The position numbers were made by a program, and so were the translations under genes. Under the pieces are notes generated by a model. That model had not been told where the DNA came from. It did not search any database and saw only the letters and a list, made by a program, of their open reading frames with translations. A DNA stretch of 64,000 bases from a virus (Duplodnaviria; Caudoviricetes): positions 1 through 64,000 of the IMG/VR virus record IMGVR_UViG_2767802123_000001; one strand, written 5' to 3'. Below, piece after piece: positions 57,597-64,000 of this stretch. How positions within the stretch are numbered: the stretch's first letter is position 1; each line of letters opens with the position of its first letter.

Positions 57597-58367
57597 CTAC
57601 AGTCCGCAGCGCGTGGCGAACGCCCCGACCACGACCCACTGGTGCCAGCGGAACAGGATCTCCGGGTCGTGCCATCCGGCCGCTGTGATCGAGTGAATGA
57701 GCGTGTCCTGCGGGTGCGGTATGAGGACCCCGCGCAGCGCCCGGGACTTGGCCCGGATGCCGTCCGGGGAGATGCCGTGCGAGGCCTTCCAGTCATGCGA
57801 GGAGTCGGTGCTGATCTCATGCCACCGGGAGTCCAGCGGGCGGACCTTCTCCGCGACGACGAGCGCCCCCGTCTCACGGGCAGACATCCGCGCCAGGTGC
57901 AGTGCCCCGACCCGCTCACGTAGCGGCAGGAACTGGAGCGTGAACAGGCACAGCGTCAGGTCCGCGTCCGTGTGCTGGAGCGGCGGTTCCTGAATCGGCG
58001 CGTGCACGTAGTCGATGCGCCGTGCCGGCACCCCGGCCAGATTCTCAGCGGCCCGGTCCAGCATCGGTTTCTCGATGTCGTACAGCACGGCCGACAAGTC
58101 CCGGTGCGCCTGGCGCTGGAGGATGGCGCCTACCGTGGTGCCAGTAGCTGCCCCGAGGTCCGCCACCAGGCCGCCCTGTGGTACGAGCCAGTCCGACAGG
58201 CCCGCCACCAGGTCCTGAATCGCGTCGTAGAACGGAACGGACGCGCGCACGTGGCTGTCGAACGCGTCGACCACGTCCGGGGTGAACGCCCAGGCGCCAG
58301 CGGTGAAGGACTCAGCCACGTCCCGGTACACAGGTGTCTCAGCCGTAGAGTCGTCGGTGTTCGGCAC
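57597..58367 (-). CDS. cmoA: CmoA-like carboxy-S-adenosylmethionine synthase
   Basis: WAF...VRASVPFY, DLGAATG, LFTLQFL, LVVAEK, HDWKASHGIS match the CmoA pattern. Confidence 0.8.
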   Translation of the reverse strand: MPNTDDSTAETPVYRDVAESFTAGAWAFTPDVVDAFDSHVRASVPFYDAIQDLVAGLSDWLVPQGGLVADLGAATGTTVGAILQRQAHRDLSAVLYDIEKPMLDRAAENLAGVPARRIDYVHAPIQEPPLQHTDADLTLCLFTLQFLPLRERVGALHLARMSARETGALVVAEKVRPLDSRWHEISTDSSHDWKASHGISPDGIRAKSRALRGVLIPHPQDTLIHSITAAGWHDPEILFRWHQWVVVGAFATRCGL

Positions 58368-59745
58368 GGTAGTACCTCGCAGGGTCTGGAAGGGTTTCAC
58401 TGATCACGGTCTTGAGGCCCAGGCCGTCCTGGAACGCGACCTTGGCCCGGGTGGTGACGGACTCGGGGAGCCGGCCCCGGTACGCGCGCTGGAGCACAGC
58501 CTTCGGCCGGGCCTTACCGTCCTGAACGGCGTGCCGGGGCAGAGACAGCGCGAGGTCTACGACGTCCGGGTCCAGAAACGGCAGGCGACCCTCCACGCCG
58601 TGAGCCATGAACGCCTTGTTGACACGGGGGAAGTTGCGCCGGGCCTGTGCAGCGATCAGGTCCCGGCGGTAGGCGTACCAGTCGGCTTTCGCCAGCCCGT
58701 GGTAGGCGAACCCGTAGCTGGCCCACAGCTCGTCACTGCCCTCGCCGCTGTACGTGACCTTGAAGCCGTCGGAGCGGATGGCCCGCGCGAGGGCGAGGCA
58801 CGGCCACGCGATCTCGACCTGGGCCTTGTACTCCAGCTCCACCTGCGCGACGACGCGCGAGAGGTCGTCCGCCGTCGGCGGCGGGATGTCGACCTCCACC
58901 AACTTGGCGCCGATCATCTCGGCCGTTTCCCGGGCGCAGCGCAGGTCTCGTGACTTCGGGTCCAGGCGAGCGGTGTAGCAGACCAGGTCCGGGTAATGCC
59001 GCTTCAGCTCCAGCGCGATGGCGGCGGAGTCGATGCCGCCGGACAGCAGGGAGCACACCGGAACATCTGCGATAGCCCGCCGGTCCACGGCCCGCTCCAG
59101 CGCCCCGGCGAGAGCGTCGGCCGCGTTGTCCAGGGTCCAGTCGGCCGGGTGCGCGGTGAGCCGGTGGAAGGCCCGCCGGGAGGTGGCGCCGCTGGTTGCG
59201 TCCGTGCTCCACCACTCCCCTGGGCCGACGTCCATCACGGCCGGGCCGCAGCGACGACCGAGTGCGGTGAACGCCTTCAGCTCCGAGGCGTAGAGCACCG
59301 GCCGGGCCCGGTGGACGTGCAACGGGATCTCCCCGTGCCGGTCACGCGCCGCGTGCAACACGCCAGGCTCCCGGTCGTCCGTCCACACCAGGGCGAACAT
59401 GCCGTCCAGGACGGGCAGCGCGCGAGCAGGGCCGAGGACAGCCAGGGCTGCCGCCACGACCTCCGTGTCGCCGGATGTCTGCCAGGTGCGGCCCGGCTCC
59501 GCACGTTCGACCATTCGCCGCACGGCGCCCGCGTTGAACAGCTCCCCGTTGTAGACGAGCAGCACCGGGCCGTCGCGGTACGGCTGGTCGGACCGTTCCT
59601 GCGGGTCCTGGACCGCCAGCCGAGTGTGCCCGAGGGTGCAGCCGCCGGACTCCGCGACGGCTGACGCGTCCGGGCCCCGGTGTGCGAGAGCGGTAACCGC
59701 CCGGCCGAGGTCGAGATGCCCGGCGGCGGCGACCAGACCGCACAT
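58339..59745 (-). CDS. Asparagine synthetase B-like glutamine amidotransferase
   Basis: MCG N-terminus, HRGPD, YNGE, LLSGGIDS, SGEGSDE, RLPFLD. Confidence 0.9.
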   Translation of the reverse strand: MCGLVAAAGHLDLGRAVTALAHRGPDASAVAESGGCTLGHTRLAVQDPQERSDQPYRDGPVLLVYNGELFNAGAVRRMVERAEPGRTWQTSGDTEVVAAALAVLGPARALPVLDGMFALVWTDDREPGVLHAARDRHGEIPLHVHRARPVLYASELKAFTALGRRCGPAVMDVGPGEWWSTDATSGATSRRAFHRLTAHPADWTLDNAADALAGALERAVDRRAIADVPVCSLLSGGIDSAAIALELKRHYPDLVCYTARLDPKSRDLRCARETAEMIGAKLVEVDIPPPTADDLSRVVAQVELEYKAQVEIAWPCLALARAIRSDGFKVTYSGEGSDELWASYGFAYHGLAKADWYAYRRDLIAAQARRNFPRVNKAFMAHGVEGRLPFLDPDVVDLALSLPRHAVQDGKARPKAVLQRAYRGRLPESVTTRAKVAFQDGLGLKTVISETLPDPARYYRAEHRRLYG

Positions 59746-61088
59746 CAGATCGCCCCTGCCTCACGCAGCGGCACGAGGATCCGGTCCCGCACTGTGGCGG
59801 CGATGTGGGACATCATCACTGGCGGCACGGCCCGGCCGATGCGCTCCCAGCGCTGCGCGTACGTCCCGGTGAGCACGAAGTCGGCCGGGAACCCGCCGAT
59901 AGCGCGCAGCTCCTGAAGCGTCAGCTTCCGGGCCTCGGTCCAGTGTGTCGGACCTGTGAAACCCGGGCCGCCTTGCCCCTGTGCAGCCATCACCGTGTCG
60001 TACGGCCGGTCCGGGTGCTGACGTCGGACGTGAAAGTACCTCTGCGATTTCTCGCCGGGCCGTAGCTTCTCCCAGTCGTCCCCGATGGCGTACCCCTTGA
60101 TGGACAAGGCCTGGCCGGTCTCCGGGTCGTGGGTGACCGGTTCCGCCTCGCCGCGCACTTGGTAGTGGCATGCGCTCGTGGCTGTTCCGCCTACCGTGAT
60201 CGCTGGTGACGGTTTGTCCGTCACGTCACCTGCGCTGAACTGGCCGGACGTGTCGTGGAACACGCGGGGCTCCGCGATGACCCGAGACGGCGGGAAGTTG
60301 CCGTTCCCGGTGCCGGGGTCCGCACCGATGGTCGGGGACGGCTGGTCAGCCGCGCGCATGGACCCGCCGCCGAACCCGCCGTTGTCTCCCTGCGCGAGGA
60401 TCCACGGCAGTGCGTCCCGCACGGTGTACTGGTACGGCAGCGGGCCAGGGTGCACCGGGTCCATGCCGAGGTCTTCGCGCACGCCCACGAAGATGAGCCG
60501 GTTGCGAGACTGCGGGACGCCGAGCCACGAGGCGTCCAGCACCCGGGCGGACACGCGGTACCCGCACGCGCGCAGCCGGGCCAAGATCAGCTTGAAGTAT
60601 CCCTTGGCCGTGCCCCGGACCAGCCCGGCGACATTCTCAGCGACGAACACCCGGGGCTGCGTCTCCTCGATGAGTCGGGCGTACTCAAAGAACAAGTCGT
60701 CCGTACGTTGCTGGGTGTCGCTGTACTTCTTCACCTGGCCCCAGCCGGCCTCACGCTTGCCGGCCGTGGAGAACGAGGCGCACGGCGGTGACCCGTCGAA
60801 CAGGTCGATCTCCCCGACGCCGAGGCCGCACGCGTCCAAGACGTCCTGCCCCTTGACCTCCCGGATGTCCCGGGTGTCCAGCACGGTATGCGGCGCTGCA
60901 TTGGCACGGTAAGTGTCCTGCGCGGCGGGGACGAACTCAGAGGCCCACAGCATTCTGAAGCCGGCCATGCGGTAGCCGAGGGACGACCCGCCGCACCCGC
61001 TGAAAGTCGACACGGCGTTGAAGCCGTTCCACGACAGCGCCCGGATCTCCTCCATGGACGGGACGCGGTACGGGGGCTTGTCGGTCAC
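59745..61088 (-). CDS. C5-cytosine methyltransferase-family enzyme, probable carboxymethyltransferase
   Basis: FSGCGG, SPPC, ENV, PQSRNR; motif X reads RIGRAVPP. Confidence 0.85.
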   Translation of the reverse strand: MTDKPPYRVPSMEEIRALSWNGFNAVSTFSGCGGSSLGYRMAGFRMLWASEFVPAAQDTYRANAAPHTVLDTRDIREVKGQDVLDACGLGVGEIDLFDGSPPCASFSTAGKREAGWGQVKKYSDTQQRTDDLFFEYARLIEETQPRVFVAENVAGLVRGTAKGYFKLILARLRACGYRVSARVLDASWLGVPQSRNRLIFVGVREDLGMDPVHPGPLPYQYTVRDALPWILAQGDNGGFGGGSMRAADQPSPTIGADPGTGNGNFPPSRVIAEPRVFHDTSGQFSAGDVTDKPSPAITVGGTATSACHYQVRGEAEPVTHDPETGQALSIKGYAIGDDWEKLRPGEKSQRYFHVRRQHPDRPYDTVMAAQGQGGPGFTGPTHWTEARKLTLQELRAIGGFPADFVLTGTYAQRWERIGRAVPPVMMSHIAATVRDRILVPLREAGAI

Positions 61089-61699
61089 CGGGACTTCCCC
61101 GACCACTCGTACCCGCACTTGGGGCACCGGTGCTCGGTCTCGATGTCCTCGTCATAGGACGGGAACTCCGTAGGTGGCACCGAGGCGGGGACGGCGGTCG
61201 CGTCGAACTCGGGTGTCTCCGCCTGCTGGCCGAACAGGTCGGCCTCGCTCACCTCGTAGCCTGTGCCCACCAGGTCGTCGTCCAGGGAAGCGAGCAGGGC
61301 CGCCAGGGCCTCGTCGTCGTAGTCGCCGTCGTCGGCCGACTTGTTGTCCACCAGGTTGATGCGCGTGGCGGTGTCGTCGTCGCACTCGATGAGGTGCGCG
61401 AGAGCGGTCGGGTCGTCGGCGTCCACGTTGATGCAGAGCTGGCACGGCCGGTTGTGCGTCAGCTCCCAGTCCTGGCACGCCTCACGGCCGGACTCCTCGT
61501 GCCGCAGCAACGCGAGGTACGTGTGGTTCCCGGCGAGGATCGTCAGCTCCTCGCCCTGCCGGCGCACGGTGAGCGGCTTGTACTGGCCGTTGGCCCGGAG
61601 GCTGTCCAGGATCACGTCCACGTTGCCCCGGCGCGCGTTACCGGGGAACGGGGTGAGATCTTCCAGCGAAACCTGTTCGGTTCCGACGGTCGTGGTCAT
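61085..61699 (-). CDS. ParB/Srx N-terminal-domain protein with C-terminal Zn ribbon
   Basis: LTPFPGNAR...SLRANGQYKPL...ILAGNH; CPKCGYEW. Confidence 0.8.
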   Translation of the reverse strand: MTTTVGTEQVSLEDLTPFPGNARRGNVDVILDSLRANGQYKPLTVRRQGEELTILAGNHTYLALLRHEESGREACQDWELTHNRPCQLCINVDADDPTALAHLIECDDDTATRINLVDNKSADDGDYDDEALAALLASLDDDLVGTGYEVSEADLFGQQAETPEFDATAVPASVPPTEFPSYDEDIETEHRCPKCGYEWSGKSR

Positions 61700-61821
61700 C
61701 GCGGCCCCTTCGCCTGGTCGACGGACGCGGCGATGTTAAGACCGGAGCAGCCCATGATCATTCCGGAGTACGACGAAGCCCCGGGCCGTGAGGCTCCGGG
61801 GCTCGGTGGTTCATCGGGCGG

Positions 61822-62307
61822 TCAGTCGTCGGTCGGTGCACTCGACTCGGTGAGCGGGGCCAGGTGCTCTTTGCAGTTGCTGCACCGCTGGACCGCCATA
61901 CGTGGATGGGGTTCGAGGGTGACCGGGCCGCACGTAGGGCAGACGGCTTGGATTGCACCGTCCACGTCGCCGCACTCGTCCACGTCGCCGGGCGCACCCG
62001 GCATCGTCAGTTCTCGGCACGGCTTGCTGTGAGCCGCGTGGCCGCAACCCCGGCAGACTCCTGCCGCCGTGGTCCCGCCCGGGATGGCGACGCCCCGCAT
62101 GAACGCGAACAGGTCCGCCTTGCACCCGGGGCACAGCTCCCGCTCGTCGGCGGAGCCGTCCTCGTTGGGGAGCCGGGGCCGCGTCCAGCCGTTCGGCAGC
62201 TCGGGCCGGGCCACCGGGATCCCGGGACCGCAGGTGCCGGCGAACAGCATCACGGAACCCGTCTGTTCCTGGAACCCGCAGCGGTCACACTCCAGATGGA
62301 CGCTCAC
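61822..62307 (-). CDS. Cys-rich hypothetical protein
   Basis: Multiple CxxC; GTGA coupling. Confidence 0.65.
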   Translation of the reverse strand: MSVHLECDRCGFQEQTGSVMLFAGTCGPGIPVARPELPNGWTRPRLPNEDGSADERELCPGCKADLFAFMRGVAIPGGTTAAGVCRGCGHAAHSKPCRELTMPGAPGDVDECGDVDGAIQAVCPTCGPVTLEPHPRMAVQRCSNCKEHLAPLTESSAPTDD

Positions 62308-62606
62308 GCCCCGGCCCTCGCTTCCTCGGTGACGATCAGCACGCGGTGCCCAGCCGGGAACTCACCCGTCAGCGTCGCCCCGGTCTGGCTGCGCGCCGTG
62401 ATGCGCTTGCCCTTCCGGGCCGTGACGGTCCACGCAACGCCCTCCATCGGCATCGCGTGCGCGATCCCGGCGCCGCTCACGCGGCCGTCCTTGCCGACGA
62501 GATACGCGGCCCCGGTGCCGGGGTTGACCCACGTGTCCCCGACGGCCAGGTCATCAGCGGGGCGGCTGCGTACGTCGTCCCAGGTGTACGGGTGATCTGT
62601 GCTCAT
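62304..62606 (-). CDS. Hypothetical protein
   Basis: GATCAAGGAAGCGAGGAACGAGGA-ATG. Confidence 0.65.
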   Translation of the reverse strand: MSTDHPYTWDDVRSRPADDLAVGDTWVNPGTGAAYLVGKDGRVSGAGIAHAMPMEGVAWTVTARKGKRITARSQTGATLTGEFPAGHRVLIVTEEARAGA

Positions 62607-62986
62607 TCCTCGTTCCTCGCTTCCTTGATCAACGCCCGGCATCCCGGACGCCGGCACAGCAGCCGGCTGTCTACCTTCCTCAGCTCGACGAGGCACGACA
62701 ACTCCGCCGACTCCCCCAGCTCCATCGAACCGTCGCAAGCGGCCACCGACGTGCCGTAGGCGTATCCGGAGCCCGTGACTGCCACGTGCACCGTGACGTT
62801 CCGGCGAGGAGTCCAGTCACCGTGCCCCTCACCGTTGTTCGCACCGCCGAGCGCCTCGCCGTTCCAGGTCAGGATCCGGCGCGGCTCGTCGGCCGTAGCC
62901 GGGTGGTAGTCGTCGGGCCGGTCCTGCTCGTTGCGGGCCACCTCGTCGCGGTAGTCCGCAACGTCGATGGAGCCGGGCGCTTTCAC
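62603..62986 (-). CDS. Hypothetical protein
   Basis: Same RBS box before GTG. Confidence 0.65.
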   Translation of the reverse strand: MKAPGSIDVADYRDEVARNEQDRPDDYHPATADEPRRILTWNGEALGGANNGEGHGDWTPRRNVTVHVAVTGSGYAYGTSVAACDGSMELGESAELSCLVELRKVDSRLLCRRPGCRALIKEARNEE

Positions 62987-63345
62987 CCCTCGTTCCTCGC
63001 TTCCTTGATCGGCAGTTGCAGCGGCGGCCGGATGCAGTGCACCCACCGCGCCGGCGCGCACTTGCCCGCGCGTTCGACGGGCCAGGGCTTCGCCTCCCGG
63101 CCGCACCGGGGGCAGACGTACAGCCACGTCCCGTCCTCGTTGCGCTGCGGGTGACGTCCGGCGTCCTTGTTGGCGCGCATCCGCTGCGCAACCCCGAACA
63201 GGACACCCGCCGCGCGGCACTCCACGCGGCCCGCCGCGACCAGCTTCGGCACGTTGCCCTTGTGCCGGTACAACTTCCCCGTGGCGGTGAACGAGGCGTA
63301 GTTGCCGCACAGCGGGCACGTCCCGCCGCTGCTCGCCCGGCCCAC
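62983..63345 (-). CDS. Cys-rich hypothetical protein
   Basis: CPLC...CPRC; coupled to neighbour. Confidence 0.6.
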   Translation of the reverse strand: MGRASSGGTCPLCGNYASFTATGKLYRHKGNVPKLVAAGRVECRAAGVLFGVAQRMRANKDAGRHPQRNEDGTWLYVCPRCGREAKPWPVERAGKCAPARWVHCIRPPLQLPIKEARNEG

Positions 63346-63348
63346 CGC

Positions 63349-63594
63349 TCAGCCCTCCGCCGGTGCCGGGTGCTGCTCGATGACGGCTCGAATCGCCTTC
63401 ACCGACGAGGCCCTGACGAGCCGGAGAATCTCCGCGTAGTCGCCGGCCTGCTCCTCGATGGCCTTGATGCGCTTGCCGAGGGTGCTGGCCCGGGGCCCGG
63501 CGGGCAGGGTCAGCCACTCCTCGCGCAGCGTCTCGGCCTTGGCGGCGAGCTGCGCCCGGCGCAGATCCAGCTCGGCTATCGTTCGTGCGTTCAC
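63349..63594 (-). CDS. Small coiled-coil protein
   Basis: GGAGG RBS; GTGA overlap. Confidence 0.55.
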   Translation of the reverse strand: MNARTIAELDLRRAQLAAKAETLREEWLTLPAGPRASTLGKRIKAIEEQAGDYAEILRLVRASSVKAIRAVIEQHPAPAEG

Positions 63595-63776
63595 CGGTCG
63601 GCCTCCGTCTCTTTGCACCCCGGGCAGTAGTCCCGTCCGCCACGCTTGCTGACCCAGCCTGCGCGCTTCGCGTCTCGGCGAGCCTCCGTCACGGTGGCGG
63701 CCGACGGAACGGTGCTGCTGTCGAACATCTCGTGACAGCCGTTGCAGCGCAGGAATGCCCTTACGAACACGGTCAC
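63591..63776 (-). CDS. Small Zn-ribbon protein
   Basis: CNGC...AGW...DYCPGC. Confidence 0.6.
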   Translation of the reverse strand: MTVFVRAFLRCNGCHEMFDSSTVPSAATVTEARRDAKRAGWVSKRGGRDYCPGCKETEADR

Positions 63777-64000
63777 CGTGCGGCCCTCCGCTCCCGGTAG
63801 ATCTCGTACGCGTCCGCGTAGGAGTCCGTGCGGTCGGTCTCGATGTACCACCGGGCGAAGCCCCGGCCCACGAAGATGCCGCTCCGTTCGGCCCACCGTT
63901 CGATCTTGGCGGGCGACACCAGCCACGCGGCGTACGCCTCGGCGTAGCTGTCCGTCCGACCGGTGTCCTCGTACCACTTGGGGAAGCCGGCGTCCGGCTT

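Noticed and set aside
58339-59745. Lasso peptide cyclase or housekeeping asparagine synthetase
   Set aside because: It has an intact Ntn glutaminase Cys, no lasso B protein or precursor nearby, and is coupled between the MTase and CmoA-like genes.

Overview
High-GC actinobacterial (Streptomyces-like) siphovirus-type prophage or phage-plasmid segment. Bases 1-15 kb are a rightward array of small accessory genes that also includes a C5 DNA methyltransferase, a leftward parA pair and whiB. Bases 15.5-40 kb are a leftward lysis, tail and head operon. About 11 kb of accessory modules (40-51 kb) sit between portal and terminase: a graspetide RiPP pair, a GntR regulator, a tyrosine recombinase and a primase/helicase fragment. 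Bases 51-64 kb hold an intein-containing large terminase, an Rpf/NlpC/LysM hydrolase, a multi-HTH regulator, an RmlB-like enzyme, a probable small terminase and a DNA-modification operon. Top finding: a tightly coupled ParB-like / C5-MTase / AsnB-like amidotransferase / CmoA-like operon whose MTase has Arg instead of the usual motif-X Asn. This predicts carboxy-SAM-dependent cytosine carboxymethylation followed by amidation. Other highlights: a phage-borne two-core graspetide system, a Zn-finger gene overprinted inside the terminase intein, an 18-copy palindromic operator/promoter regulon with a candidate regulator, a tRNA-like RNA, and a 19-bp inverted-repeat element upstream of duplicated tail genes. 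All family calls are by-eye motif recognition; no searches were run.
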